NCBI GenBank assembly: GCA_045651985.1
Contig: JAZRTK010000026.1
Location: forward strand, 173,102-237,101
DNA length: 64,000 bases
Direction of reading: 5' to 3'
Origin: Eubacteriales bacterium
GTDB taxonomy: Bacteria; Bacillota; Clostridia; Oscillospirales; CAG-272
Part shown: piece by piece, positions 26,805-36,820 of the stretch
Position numbering within the stretch: the stretch's first letter is position 1
Layout of the letters: each line of letters opens with the position of its first letter
Notes under the pieces: model-generated
Seen by the model: the letters and a program-made list of their open reading frames with translations, nothing else
The model's database searches: none
Told to the model about the DNA's origin: nothing
Program-made: the position numbers and the translations under genes

Positions 26805-27572
26805 TTACTGTGCAGCGTCAACGATCGCTGTGAACTTGGAAGCAACCAGAGAAGCGCCGCCGATAAGGCCGCCGTCAACGTTGACCTTGTCAAGAAGCTC
26901 TTTTGCGTTTGCGTCGTTCATAGAACCGCCGTACTGAATGGTCATAGCCTCAGCTGCGTCAGCACCGTAGAGAGATGCGATTGTCTGGCGGATAACTCCG
27001 CAAGTCTCGTCAGCCTGCTCGGGAGTAGCGGTCAGACCTGTGCCGATAGCCCAAACGGGCTCGTATGCGATGATAACGTTCTTCAGCTCCTCGGCTGTAA
27101 CGTCCTTTAAGTCAAGCTTTGTCTGCATGGAAACGACCTCGTTTGTAATGCCCGAAAGTCTCTCCTCCTTAACCTCGCCCAGGCAAAGGATAACCTTCAT
27201 ACCTGCAGCAAGAGCTGCCTTTGTTCTCTTGTTTACGGTCTCGTCTGTCTCAGCGAAGTACTGACGTCTCTCGGAGTGACCGATGATAACGTACTCAACG
27301 CCCATAGATGTGAGCATCTTTGCGGAGACCTCTCCCGTGTAAGCGCCCTTTTCCTCGAAATGTACGTTTTCTGCGCCGATCTTGATGTTGGAGCCCTTTG
27401 CAGCCTCCATTGCGGGAGCGATGTCCACGTAAGGAGCGCAGAAGATGATGTCGCAGTTGTCCTTGCCCTCGACCATGGGCTTGATCTCGTTGATGAATGC
27501 TACGGCCTCAGCGGGTGTGAAGTTCATTTTCCAGTTGCCCGCGATGACAGTGCGTCTGTTGGGATTGTTCAT
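26805..27572 (-). CDS. tpiA: Triose-phosphate isomerase
   Basis: AGNWKMN, IIGHSERR, AYEPVWAIGTG motifs. Confidence 0.95.
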   Translation of the reverse strand: MNNPNRRTVIAGNWKMNFTPAEAVAFINEIKPMVEGKDNCDIIFCAPYVDIAPAMEAAKGSNIKIGAENVHFEEKGAYTGEVSAKMLTSMGVEYVIIGHSERRQYFAETDETVNKRTKAALAAGMKVILCLGEVKEERLSGITNEVVSMQTKLDLKDVTAEELKNVIIAYEPVWAIGTGLTATPEQADETCGVIRQTIASLYGADAAEAMTIQYGGSMNDANAKELLDKVNVDGGLIGGASLVASKFTAIVDAAQ

Positions 27573-27656
27573 TTTTCAGATTCCTTTCAATATATAAATG
27601 TCAAAAACATCATTTTGCAGGGTCACCGTCAGGCGACCCTGCAAATCGTTTTAAAA

Positions 27657-28964
27657 TTACTTGCTCTCCAGGCAGCTGATACCGGGAAGGTCGCGGCCCT
27701 CAAGGAACTCAAGAGAAGCACCGCCGCCGGTTGAGATATGAGTGATCTTGTCAGCAAAGCCCAGCTGCTCGCAAGCAGCCGCGGAGTCGCCGCCGCCAAC
27801 GATAGAGATAGCGTCGGACTCGGCAAGAGCCTTTGCAACAGCCATAGTACCCTTTGCAAGTGTGGGGTTCTCGAAGACGCCCATAGGACCGTTCCAAACA
27901 ACAGTCTTTGCGTTCTTTACAGCGTCAGCAAAGATCTCGACAGTCTTATCGCCAATGTCAAGACCCTCCATGTCAGCGGGGATCTCGCTGGAGGGAACGA
28001 CCTTAACGTCAACGGGACCGTCGATGGGGTTGGGGAAGGAAGCTGCAACAGTGGTATCAACAGGGAGAAGGAGCTTTACGCCCTTTTCCTCAGCAAGCTT
28101 CATCATGTCCTTACAATAATCGATCTTCTCGGAGTCGAGCAGGGAGTTACCTACGCCGTAGCCTTTTGCTGCAAGGAATGTGTAAGCCATACCGCCGCCG
28201 ATGATAAGCGTGTCAACCTTTGTGAGGAGGTTGTTGATAACGTTGAGCTTGTCGGAGACCTTAGCACCGCCAAGGATAGCAACGAAGGGACGCTCGGGAG
28301 CCTCAAGAGCCTTACCCATAACGCCGATCTCCTTCTGAATGAGGTATCCGCAAACAGCGGGCAGGTAGTCAGCAACGCCTGCAGTTGTAGCATGAGCGCG
28401 GTGAGCCGTTCCGAAAGCGTCGTTTACGAAAATGTCAGCCATGGAAGCGAGTTCGCGTGCAAATTCGGGGTCGTTCTTTGTCTCGCGTGCGTCAAAACGA
28501 ACGTTCTCGAGAAGAACAGCCTCGCCTTCCTTCAGTGCCGCAACCTTTGCCTTTGCGTCGGGACCGATAATGTCCTCTGCAAATGTGACCTTGCCTGCAA
28601 GGTCCTCGTTGAGTCTGTCAGCTACGGGCTTGAGTGTGAGCTTCTTCTTGTCGCCCAGAGCCTTTTCGAGGTAAGCAGCCTTTGCCGCTGCCTGCTCGGA
28701 CTCGGGAAGAGCTTCAACTGCCTTCTTTTCTTTCTTTGTAAGACCGAAGCCCTCTGTAAAGATGCTGTGGGGCTTGCCCATGTGAGAGCAGAGGATAACC
28801 TTTGCACCGCGGTCAAGAAGGTACTTGATGGTGGGGAGAGCACCGACGATTCTCTTGTCGGAGGTGATCTTACCGTCCTTCATGGGAACGTTGAAGTCGC
28901 AACGAACCAGGCAAGTTTTACCGGCAACGTCGATGTCTTCGATTGTTTTCTTGTTATAAGTCAT
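27657..28964 (-). CDS. pgk: Phosphoglycerate kinase
   Basis: [23 protein letters not shown] motifs. Start at MTYNKK (28964), since the predicted TSS is ~29000. Confidence 0.95.
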   Translation of the reverse strand: MTYNKKTIEDIDVAGKTCLVRCDFNVPMKDGKITSDKRIVGALPTIKYLLDRGAKVILCSHMGKPHSIFTEGFGLTKKEKKAVEALPESEQAAAKAAYLEKALGDKKKLTLKPVADRLNEDLAGKVTFAEDIIGPDAKAKVAALKEGEAVLLENVRFDARETKNDPEFARELASMADIFVNDAFGTAHRAHATTAGVADYLPAVCGYLIQKEIGVMGKALEAPERPFVAILGGAKVSDKLNVINNLLTKVDTLIIGGGMAYTFLAAKGYGVGNSLLDSEKIDYCKDMMKLAEEKGVKLLLPVDTTVAASFPNPIDGPVDVKVVPSSEIPADMEGLDIGDKTVEIFADAVKNAKTVVWNGPMGVFENPTLAKGTMAVAKALAESDAISIVGGGDSAAACEQLGFADKITHISTGGGASLEFLEGRDLPGISCLESK

Positions 28965-29006
28965 TTTAAAAGTCCGCCTTTCAAATAAATTATTTTTCAA
29001 TTAGAT

Positions 29007-29035
29007 ATTTTACCACAAAAAATACGCTTTGACAA
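29007..29035 (-). promoter_or_regulatory. pgk-tpiA promoter
   Basis: TTGTCA-17 nt-TAAAAT with TGgTAAAAT. Confidence 0.6.
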
Positions 29036-29082
29036 TAGCTTTGTGTTAAATTTTTGTCATTTCACAAAAATTTACCTGAAAT

Positions 29083-30780
29083 TTATCCCTGATTGTTTAT
29101 ACTGTCTACTTTTGCGCGGTTCTGATTATGCTCTGGCAAAGTTTTTGCGTAATAAGTGTTTCCGTAGTTGTCGGAAACGAAGAAATAGTAGTTTGATTTT
29201 GCGGGGTAAAGTGCGCAGGTGATAGCTTCGTAGCCGGGATTTGCGATGGGTCCGGGAGGAAGTCCGTCGTAGAGGTAGGAGTTGTAGGGGGTATCGTATT
29301 CAAGGTCCTCCTTTGTAAGGAAGCCCTTTCTCTCGCCGTCACGAACCTGAATAGCGTACATTATGGTGGCGTCACTTTCAAGCTTGGGGAATTTTCCCGG
29401 GTTATTGAGACGGTTGTGGAAGACCGAGGAGATCATCTCGTAGTCTGCCGAATAGCGGCCCTCTTTTTCGATAAGGGAAGCAAGATTCATGACCTGATCT
29501 GTGGTCAGTCCCATTTCGTCGGCTTTGGCCTTGAGGGAGTCCGAGAAGATCTGGTCGAATCGTCGGAGCATCTTGTTTATTACCACCGATTCCTTACTGC
29601 TCACGTAAAAGTCGTAGGTGTCGGGATAAAGGTAACCCTCCAAACGGTATATTCTGCCGGGATTTTCGCTCATGTTGATAGCGCGGACGAAATCGTAATC
29701 AAAATCGTAGTTGTTGATGACGTCGATAAATCCCTGGCGTGTGCCGATGCCGTTTTCGGTGAAAAGGGTTATCATCTCGTCCACCGTATATCCCTCGGGG
29801 ATGGTTATGCGGACTGTTTCCGTGGACGGCTTTTCAACGAACTCAAGCAGAAGCTCGTCGTAGTTCATCATACCGTTGACGGTGTATATTCCCGCTTTAA
29901 AATTGTAGGTCTCGTCGATTTTTTTGAGCTTGGAGTAGATTATCATGAGGTTGGGGTATTTTATAACACCGCTGTCGCCCAAAAGGGTAGAAATTTCCTC
30001 GACCGTTGCATATTCGGGGATCTCGATCTCCACCTGCTCGTCGCTTTTTACGAAGGCGTACATATCGTTTCCGAACTCGATCACGTAAAAGGAAAGGATC
30101 CCTGCAACAAGAGCCACCAAAATGACGTATACCACTGCTTTGATAATGCTCTTTACGGCGTTTGACGCGGATGATTCGTATACCTCGTCGTCATCGTCCT
30201 CGTTTTCCTCCTGCTCGGCGCTTCTCTGACGCGCCTGTTTTAGCAGAAGTGCCTGTTGGCGTTCGATCTCTGCCTTTTCGATCACTCGCGTGCTGGAAGA
30301 AGCCTTTGGCTCTGTCCTCTCGGACTTTGCCGACTGATTGACCGCGGCGCGGCGTATCTTGGGGGCTTCGGGCTTGCCCTGCATGGGACGAGGCTGAACG
30401 GGTCTTTGAACGGGCTGCTGCATACCGCTCTGCACGGGTCGCCGAACTGTTCCGTTTTGAACGGGTCTTGACTGGACGGGCTGTCCCTGCATAGGGACGG
30501 AGTGCTGAGGCACATAAGGCCGTTCCTGACGGGGCGCGTTTTGCTGTGCGCTCATCTGAGGCGGAGTTTGCGCGGGGCGCTGAGGTGCACGTGGCTGTGT
30601 GCTGTTTGGATGCATGGGTCTTGCCTGCACGGGCTGCCCCTGTACGGGTGCAAACGGACCGTTTTGCGGGGGCGCGGATCGTTTGGGCATTTGTCTGCCC
30701 GCTCGACCGTTCTGCCCTATTCCGTTGTTTTGGTTGTTCATAATATCAACGTCTTTGCTATGGCAAAGGTCTCCTTTCAA
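29083..30780 (-). CDS. mltG: Endolytic transglycosylase MltG (YceG-like) with a long Pro/Gln-rich N-terminal region
   Basis: C-terminus YDTPYNSYLYDGLPPGPIANPG is YceG-like. The start is uncertain (TTG 30780 or ATG 30741). Confidence 0.8.
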   Translation of the reverse strand: MKGDLCHSKDVDIMNNQNNGIGQNGRAGRQMPKRSAPPQNGPFAPVQGQPVQARPMHPNSTQPRAPQRPAQTPPQMSAQQNAPRQERPYVPQHSVPMQGQPVQSRPVQNGTVRRPVQSGMQQPVQRPVQPRPMQGKPEAPKIRRAAVNQSAKSERTEPKASSSTRVIEKAEIERQQALLLKQARQRSAEQEENEDDDDEVYESSASNAVKSIIKAVVYVILVALVAGILSFYVIEFGNDMYAFVKSDEQVEIEIPEYATVEEISTLLGDSGVIKYPNLMIIYSKLKKIDETYNFKAGIYTVNGMMNYDELLLEFVEKPSTETVRITIPEGYTVDEMITLFTENGIGTRQGFIDVINNYDFDYDFVRAINMSENPGRIYRLEGYLYPDTYDFYVSSKESVVINKMLRRFDQIFSDSLKAKADEMGLTTDQVMNLASLIEKEGRYSADYEMISSVFHNRLNNPGKFPKLESDATIMYAIQVRDGERKGFLTKEDLEYDTPYNSYLYDGLPPGPIANPGYEAITCALYPAKSNYYFFVSDNYGNTYYAKTLPEHNQNRAKVDSINNQG

Positions 30781-30800
30781 TAGGAATATGCTGTCTTATA

Positions 30801-31715
30801 TCAGCGATAGATGAAGACTGCAACGAAGAAGATAAGATAACAAACGATAGCCGCGGGCGCGAGAAAAACTTCGGGGAAATAGAGATCCCCCGCGCGCTTT
30901 TTAGGCGGCAGATAATCCGAGGGGAGATTTCGCTCGGCGTATCTTTTATATATTCTCGCCGCCTGACCGCAGAAAAAGATCAAAAAGACGGCAAAGAAGG
31001 TTGCAAGGATTATTAAAAACAGCTCGGTGCTTCCCGTGGTATTGAAAATCTCGCCCACAAAGGACTGACCGAAAAGACCGTACAGATTAAAGAAGAAATG
31101 GACGATCATAGATGCGACACATGAACGGCAGGCGTACATGACCGCAAAAAGAAGCAGCCCCGCAAAGAAATAGACGGGGAAAAGAGCCAGCCTGAAATGA
31201 AGCATGGCAAAAAAGGTTGAGGTGATCACTGCCGCCGTGCCGATGCCGAAACGTTCGTACTCGGCGCAAAGTATTGCACGGAAGAAAAATTCTTCGCAAA
31301 GAGCGGGTAAAAGAGCGTAAGCAAGGATAGACACTGCCAATCCGTCTGCCCCCTGATTTTTAACCGTGTATGCGTCGTAGAGAGAAAAACTTTTTTCGGA
31401 AAGCCCGTCGGCAAAGATTATGTTCAGCAGAAGCGAACCGCATATGAGAAGTAAAGTGCCCCATATGACAAGCACCGCTCGGTCGCCGCCAAAGCCCTTT
31501 ATGCGTAACTTACCCTTCAAGGCGTTGCCCCGAAGCTTTGTGTAAAGGATAGCGGGAAACGCAAGGATAAGCAGCTGCAAGATAATAACGCTCAGATGAT
31601 CGTTGCCCGAGCCGTCTGCCACGCCCGTGATTCTGGCGAGCAGCAATAATCCAAAGGATAAAGCCGCGAGCACGGGCGCCGTTATATTCGGTTTGAATCT
31701 TTCAAGCATAGGCAC
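30801..31715 (-). CDS. CPBP-family intramembrane glutamic endopeptidase
   Basis: EEFFFR and FAMLHF motifs, polytopic. Confidence 0.75.
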   Translation of the reverse strand: MPMLERFKPNITAPVLAALSFGLLLLARITGVADGSGNDHLSVIILQLLILAFPAILYTKLRGNALKGKLRIKGFGGDRAVLVIWGTLLLICGSLLLNIIFADGLSEKSFSLYDAYTVKNQGADGLAVSILAYALLPALCEEFFFRAILCAEYERFGIGTAAVITSTFFAMLHFRLALFPVYFFAGLLLFAVMYACRSCVASMIVHFFFNLYGLFGQSFVGEIFNTTGSTELFLIILATFFAVFLIFFCGQAARIYKRYAERNLPSDYLPPKKRAGDLYFPEVFLAPAAIVCYLIFFVAVFIYR

Positions 31716-31738
31716 CTCGTGTCCGTTTTGGCTGAATT

Positions 31739-32281
31739 TTATCTGTCTGCGATGACCGCGTGGCGGAGCTCCTCTGCAGTCGTTTCGCCGCGAATGGCGG
31801 ATACCAGCATAAGTCCGAAGTCAAGAGCGGCACCCATTCCCGCGCCCGTTATAATATTTCCGTCGCGGACTGCGGGCACGTTCAGGATCTCGCTTTCGGG
31901 GAGATACTCCTCAAAGCCGGGATAGCAAACGGCTTTTTTGCCCTTCAGCATACCAAGCTGACCCAAGATCATGGGTGCAGCGCAGATGGCGGCAATTGTT
32001 GCGTTTGCCTCTGCGGCGTGACCAATGGCGGTCATAACGGTCTCACTTGCCTGCAAATTTTTCGTTCCGGGCATTCCGCCGGGAAGTATTATCATGTCGG
32101 GCATGGTGTCACAAAATTCGCTTTCGTCCATGTCTGCCTCAACAGCTATTCCGTGTGAGCCGAGCACTCTTTTTCCGCCGATCCCGACGGTTTTTACTTC
32201 CACCCCTGCACGACGCAAAAGGTCGAGAGGGCAGAGGGCTTCGATCTCCTCAAAGCCCGTCGCGAGAAAAATGTAGGTCAT
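31739..32281 (-). CDS. DJ-1/PfpI family protein
   Basis: 180 aa; nucleophile-elbow AICAAP motif. Confidence 0.85.
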   Translation of the reverse strand: MTYIFLATGFEEIEALCPLDLLRRAGVEVKTVGIGGKRVLGSHGIAVEADMDESEFCDTMPDMIILPGGMPGTKNLQASETVMTAIGHAAEANATIAAICAAPMILGQLGMLKGKKAVCYPGFEEYLPESEILNVPAVRDGNIITGAGMGAALDFGLMLVSAIRGETTAEELRHAVIADR

Positions 32282-32302
32282 ATTTTCTTCCTTTCGGAGA
32301 GA

Positions 32303-33595
32303 TTAGTTAAAGTATTCGCCGATCTTGTGGAGAGGGCATTCGATCTCCTCGTGAGTGGACAGGTTCTTTATTTTTGCGATACCGATCTCAAGCTCGTTTC
32401 CGCCGATGATGACAACGTGTGTGTATTTGCCCTTAATGGCGTAGTCAAGCTGCTTTCCGAACTTCTTTGTACCAATGTAAAGGCTGCTTACGACGCCGTT
32501 TGCGCGGAGTGTGTCAACGATGCCCGTGTACTTTTCAACGGGGACATCTTCAAAGCGCGCAACAAGCACCTTTTTGCCCACGTTGTAGATATCGGGAATG
32601 AGCTTGTGAGTGACGAGGAAGTTTTCAAGGGTCACGTCGCCAAATCCAAATCCCACGCCGCTGACGTTGGTCTTTTTGAGGAAAAGCCCGACCAGATTGT
32701 CGTAGCGGCCGCCGCCGAACATGGCGCGGTTATTTTCGGGCGCCTCGTCGAACACCTCAAATACGGTACCTGTGTAGTAGTCAAGACCGCGAATGATGCC
32801 GAAATCAAACACGCAGTATTTTTCGATACCCATAGCGCGTACTGCCTCAAAGAGGGAGAGCAGCTCCTCGGAGCCCTTTGACTCGGGGCAGAGGGCGGTT
32901 GCTTCCTCTACTGTCATTGTATATAATGCGTCGATCTTGGCAATTTTATCCTCGGAGATCCCAAGCTCGGTCAGGTCTTTGATATACGCCTCTCTCGTGA
33001 CCTTGTTGCGGCGGTCAACGACTTTTGAGACACGGCGGCTTCCCTCGCTGTCCGTTCCGCAGATGGCGGAGATAACGTCGTTGAAGAAGCGGCGGTTGTT
33101 GATGTGAACGCGGAACATGGTCTCGTCAGCATTAAACGACTTCATGAGGTTGATAGCCGTGGAGATCACCTCCAGGTCCGCGTCATACGTGTCGCAGCCG
33201 AAGATGTCAACGTTCACCTGCCAGTGCTCGCGGAGACGGCCGCGCTGGGGTCTTTCGTATCGGTAGAGGTTGGGGATACTGAACCACTTGAGAGGCATGT
33301 TCAGCTCGGCGCACTTTGCCGCGACGAGGCGTGCCACGGTCGGTGTCATTTCAGGTCTGATAGCCAGACGGCGGCCGCCGCGGTCCTCAAAATTATAGGT
33401 CTGTTCGCAGGCGATCTCCTCACCGCTCTTTGCTATATAAAGGTCGAGATTTTCAACCATGGGGCCGTTGTATTCGTCAAATGCCGCAAGCTCAAGGGCG
33501 TGTCTGATCTTGCCAAAGAACCAGTTGCGGAGCTTCATGTCGTCGGGGTAAAAGTCTCTTGTGCCCTTGTAAGGCTGTGTTGATAAAAGTTCCAT
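32303..33595 (-). CDS. hisS: Histidine--tRNA ligase
   Basis: KGTRDFYPDD, RRLAIRPEMTPTVAR, GGGRYD motifs. Confidence 0.9.
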   Translation of the reverse strand: MELLSTQPYKGTRDFYPDDMKLRNWFFGKIRHALELAAFDEYNGPMVENLDLYIAKSGEEIACEQTYNFEDRGGRRLAIRPEMTPTVARLVAAKCAELNMPLKWFSIPNLYRYERPQRGRLREHWQVNVDIFGCDTYDADLEVISTAINLMKSFNADETMFRVHINNRRFFNDVISAICGTDSEGSRRVSKVVDRRNKVTREAYIKDLTELGISEDKIAKIDALYTMTVEEATALCPESKGSEELLSLFEAVRAMGIEKYCVFDFGIIRGLDYYTGTVFEVFDEAPENNRAMFGGGRYDNLVGLFLKKTNVSGVGFGFGDVTLENFLVTHKLIPDIYNVGKKVLVARFEDVPVEKYTGIVDTLRANGVVSSLYIGTKKFGKQLDYAIKGKYTHVVIIGGNELEIGIAKIKNLSTHEEIECPLHKIGEYFN

Positions 33596-33634
33596 TTTTC
33601 ATTTCCTCGCGTGAAAATATTTACTCAATTTAAT

Positions 33635-33663
33635 ATTATATCACAAATTGTCGCGTTTGTCTA
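33635..33663 (-). promoter_or_regulatory. hisS promoter (short leader, no T-box)
   Basis: TAGACA-17 nt-TATAAT with TGaTATAAT, about 40 nt upstream of the ATG. Confidence 0.55.
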
Positions 33664-33770
33664 TACCGCATTGTAAATTTTTAGTAGTTAAATACGGGGT
33701 ACCTTTGAAAATTAGGTTATATACTCCTGCGAAACCATTGAAAAAGAATTTCAAAGGAACATATCGCCAT

Positions 33771-33853
33771 CACAAACAAAAAACGATGGTGGTCAGCCAT
33801 CGTTTTTTGTTTGTGTTTGGAGTGTTGGCGCCTTTTTCAAAGGGGAAAGGCGG
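33771..33853 (-). repeat. Two-hairpin 3'-end cassette, copy D
   Basis: Minus strand: CCCCTTTGAAAAAGGCGCC..ACTCCAAACACAAAC..AAAAAACGATGG-CTGACCA-CCATCGTTTTTTGTTTGTG. Confidence 0.8.
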
Positions 33854-33863
33854 TCTTGCGGAC

Positions 33864-33892
33864 GAAAAAATAAGAGCGGTGCTACCGCTCTT
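33864..33892 (-). terminator. secG terminator
   Basis: AAGAGCGG-loop-CCGCTCTT with a T-run on the minus strand. Confidence 0.8.
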
Positions 33893-33896
33893 ATTT

Positions 33897-34130
33897 TTAT
33901 TTTACAATGATATTCATTACAAGAATAAGCACACCGAAAGCTGCAGAGGCGATCGCTGTTGCTATGAAAAGCGCCTTGTCCTTCTTCTTTTCCTTGCCCT
34001 TGCCAAAAAACGACTCGGAGCCGCCGACGATGGTTCCGGAGAGACCGTCCTCGCCGCCCTGCTGGAACATACCTGCAACGATAAGGAAAACTGCAAGCGC
34101 AAGAAGAATGATACCCAATGCTATCTCCAT
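33897..34130 (-). CDS. secG: Preprotein translocase subunit SecG
   Basis: 77 aa, two TM segments flanking the Gly-rich loop QQGGEDGLSGTIVGGSESFFG. Confidence 0.85.
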   Translation of the reverse strand: MEIALGIILLALAVFLIVAGMFQQGGEDGLSGTIVGGSESFFGKGKEKKKDKALFIATAIASAAFGVLILVMNIIVK

Positions 34131-34427
34131 AATAATTTAAACCTCCAAAAAGATGTTGTTTCTTTCATTTGACGCGCCGAATGGCACAATAACCACTTAT
34201 ACCACGGTAGTATATCATACTTTTTCCAAAAAAGCAAGAGGAAAATTGATTTTTCTGAAAATATTTTTGATTTTACTCGCTTTGAGGCGTATTTTCCGTC
34301 GGATATGAAGGATTTTGGCCGTGAGAGCTGATTCGTACACCGAGCGGACTATCCGAACGAGCTTCTGCTGTGAAGCCTATATCAAATAGTCTGTAAATAA
34401 AAAAGTGTCAATCGAACTCTGTTTTGC

Positions 34428-35459
34428 TTATTTCAGTGCAAGCTCTACGATCTTCTGGCAAAGCTCGCCGTAGGAGATGCCCACGGCTGCCGCCGCCTGA
34501 GGCAGAAGGCTTGTGGGAGTCATGCCGGGGAGGGTATTTGCTTCGAGACAGTAAGCCTCACCGTCGGGAGTGAGAATGTAGTCCATCCTGGCGAGACTGC
34601 GCAAATGAAGCGCGTCAAATGCCAGGCGGGTGTACTTTTCAAGCTTTGCAACAGTCTCCGCAGGAATGTTCGCGGGGCAGATCTCCTCGGTAAGACCGCT
34701 TTGATATTTGTTTTTGTAGTCGTAGTAGCCGCTTTTCGGAATGATCTCAATTGGAGGAAGCACCTGACCGTCAAGGATCGCAACCGTCAGCTCGCGCCCT
34801 GCGATGCGCTTTTCAATGAGGATCTTGTCTTCCCACTTCGCCGCCGCGGAAAGAGCCTCGTCAAGCTGATCCTCGCGGTCTATCATTGAGATCCCAACGC
34901 TTGAGCCGCAGCTGCAGGGTTTTATAACGCAGGGAAGGCCGACTGACAGAGCGATCTTTTTCGCTTCGGGGGAACGGGGGTCGCAGACCTCGCCCGTGGG
35001 TACGGGAACGCCTGCGTTTTTCATAAGTATTTTTGCCACGTCCTTGTCCATGGCAAGCAGAGAGCCCGCGTAGCCCGAGCCTGTGTACTTGATGTTGAAA
35101 TTGTCAAGGGTGGCTTGAAGCTGACCGTTTTCGCCCATGGCTCCGTGGAGACCGATATAGACCACGTCCGCCGCACGGCAAAGCTCCAGAATACCCGGAC
35201 CGATAAGCTCCCTTCTGCCGCCGTTTTTCGCTATGACGGCTTCAAGATCGGGGACGTTTTCCCTGACCTTGTGGGAATAGCTGTAGTCGGAGCGGAAAAG
35301 ACTTTTATCTATTACCGTTCCCGCGGGAACGCCCTCGTAAACGTCCGCAAGATACACGTTGTTGCCGTTTTTCATAAGTGCCGCGGCAATAAGACTTGCC
35401 GAGGAGAGGGAAACGTCCCGTTCGGGGCTGATACCGCCCGCCAAGATTGCTATGTTCAT
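34428..35459 (-). CDS. ddl: D-alanine--D-alanine ligase
   Basis: ATP-grasp protein; GGISPERDVS, GLHGAMGENG, EANTLPGMT motifs. Confidence 0.9.
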   Translation of the reverse strand: MNIAILAGGISPERDVSLSSASLIAAALMKNGNNVYLADVYEGVPAGTVIDKSLFRSDYSYSHKVRENVPDLEAVIAKNGGRRELIGPGILELCRAADVVYIGLHGAMGENGQLQATLDNFNIKYTGSGYAGSLLAMDKDVAKILMKNAGVPVPTGEVCDPRSPEAKKIALSVGLPCVIKPCSCGSSVGISMIDREDQLDEALSAAAKWEDKILIEKRIAGRELTVAILDGQVLPPIEIIPKSGYYDYKNKYQSGLTEEICPANIPAETVAKLEKYTRLAFDALHLRSLARMDYILTPDGEAYCLEANTLPGMTPTSLLPQAAAAVGISYGELCQKIVELALK

Positions 35460-35481
35460 GTTAGTCCTCCAAAAATATGTT

Positions 35482-36309
35482 TTAAGCTCTTTTCAGGACG
35501 GCTGTGCGATCGTTGCCCGAAAGGTCGGAGAGGATCTTGCAACAAAATCCGTTTGTCTCGGCAAGATCCTTCAGATCCTGCCCCTGATCGTAGCCGATCT
35601 CAAAGGCAAAAAAACCGTCGGGAGTGAGCAGGGGAGTGTAAAATTTCAGTATTGCGCGGTAAAAATCAAGACCGTCATCACCGCCGTCAAGCGCCGCCGC
35701 GGGCTCGTATTTGACCTCGGGGGAAAGGGCCTTTACCACGTGACTTTGAATGTACGGCGGATTTGACAGAACCGCATCAAACGGCGCGTGTGATCTTATT
35801 TCTGCGCTCGGCTCTGCGAGAACGTCTGCCAAAACGGGATAAAATCTGTCCGTGACGCCGTTTTTTTCAGCGTTCTCTTTTGCCAGCTCAAGTGTTTTTG
35901 GAAAAAAGTCAAGGGCTGTGGCGCGGCAATCGCGCCTTGCGGCAAGAGTTGATACGGCAATGCACCCGCTTCCCGTGCAAAGGTCGGCAAATTTAGCGTT
36001 TTTGGGTAGCATCTCGATTGCCGTTTCAACCAGAAGCTCGGTGTCCTGACGGGGTATGAGACAGTGCTCGTTTACCTTGTATTCCTCGGTCATAAAAGAC
36101 CATGAGCCGATAATATACTGAAGTGGGTAGCGGTTCGCTCGTTTTTTTACTGCCGAGAGCAGCTCGACCGAGTCAAAATCCTTTTCCCGCAGGAAAGGAA
36201 GTTCGTGCGGACGCACCGAGCAGAAGTGCTCCAGCAAGATCTGCGCGTCTCTTTGGGGGGATTCGACGCCCGCTTTCCCCAAAGTTATGACTATGTCGTT
36301 GAATCTCAA
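35482..36309 (-). CDS. prmC: Release-factor glutamine N5-methyltransferase PrmC (HemK)
   Basis: DLCTGSGCIA and LSNPPYI motifs. TTG start uncertain. Confidence 0.8.
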   Translation of the reverse strand: MRFNDIVITLGKAGVESPQRDAQILLEHFCSVRPHELPFLREKDFDSVELLSAVKKRANRYPLQYIIGSWSFMTEEYKVNEHCLIPRQDTELLVETAIEMLPKNAKFADLCTGSGCIAVSTLAARRDCRATALDFFPKTLELAKENAEKNGVTDRFYPVLADVLAEPSAEIRSHAPFDAVLSNPPYIQSHVVKALSPEVKYEPAAALDGGDDGLDFYRAILKFYTPLLTPDGFFAFEIGYDQGQDLKDLAETNGFCCKILSDLSGNDRTAVLKRA

Positions 36310-36430
36310 AAAATCACATCCAAAATCAAATTCTTATAAATAATACCACAAGATGACGAAAATTAAAAGGCTTTTTCCGAAATATTTATAATTTTTAATA
36401 AAAAATTAGTAATTTTTTCTAAATTACCTA

Positions 36431-36459
36431 TTGCAATTCGGAAAAAAATATGGTAAAAT
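36431..36459 (+). promoter_or_regulatory. Promoter of the small Cys/acidic protein transcript
   Basis: TTGCAA-17 nt-TAAAAT. It coincides with the track's TTG start, which is therefore rejected. Confidence 0.6.
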
Positions 36460-36538
36460 GAAGACGGAAAAAGGAATAGATATTACCAATAGACGGAATA
36501 CTAATCCCGAAATCTTAGAAACACGGAGGTATTTTGAA

Positions 36539-36778
36539 ATGTTTTTCATCGAAAAGAAAAAAGAGAAGCCCAACGTAGGCAAGATCGTAGCAATTTCCGT
36601 TGCCGTTACGTTTGCCGTTGCGGCTGCTATTTACGGCGTATATATTTTCTGTCGCAAGTATTGCAGACTGTGTGATTGCGGTGACGAGCTGTTTGACGAG
36701 GATTTTGACATAGGCTGCGACGATTGCACTTGTGATTTCGCTGACGAAGACGAAGAGGACGACGTAGTAGAGCTTTGA
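36539..36778 (+). CDS. Small single-pass membrane protein with a Cys- and Asp/Glu-rich tail (79 aa)
   Basis: MFFIEKKKEKPNVGKIVAISVAVTFAVAAAIYGVYIF then CRKYCRLCDCG..GCDDCTCDF..DEDEEDD. RBS GGAGG 8 nt upstream. Confidence 0.45.
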   Translation: MFFIEKKKEKPNVGKIVAISVAVTFAVAAAIYGVYIFCRKYCRLCDCGDELFDEDFDIGCDDCTCDFADEDEEDDVVEL

Positions 36779-36820
36779 TCATCTAAAGCACCAAAGAGAT
36801 CCCGCCCGTGACAGGGTATC

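Noticed and set aside
27738-28988. 416-aa ORF antisense to pgk
   Set aside because: pgk on the minus strand is unambiguous. The antisense translation is Cys/Val/Leu-rich with no motifs.
33664-33720. GGTACC-containing stretch resembling the T-box core upstream of hisS
   Set aside because: It reads CAAAGGTACCCCGT rather than the AANNNGGGTGGTACCGCG consensus. It also lies upstream of the best hisS promoter and next to repeat copy D.
34131-34427. ~300-nt gap between ddl and secG, possibly encoding an sRNA
   Set aside because: A secG promoter (TTGCTT-17-TGaTATACT) explains the proximal part. In the rest I found only short 4-5-bp stems, no terminator and no match to a known RNA family. It is left unannotated.
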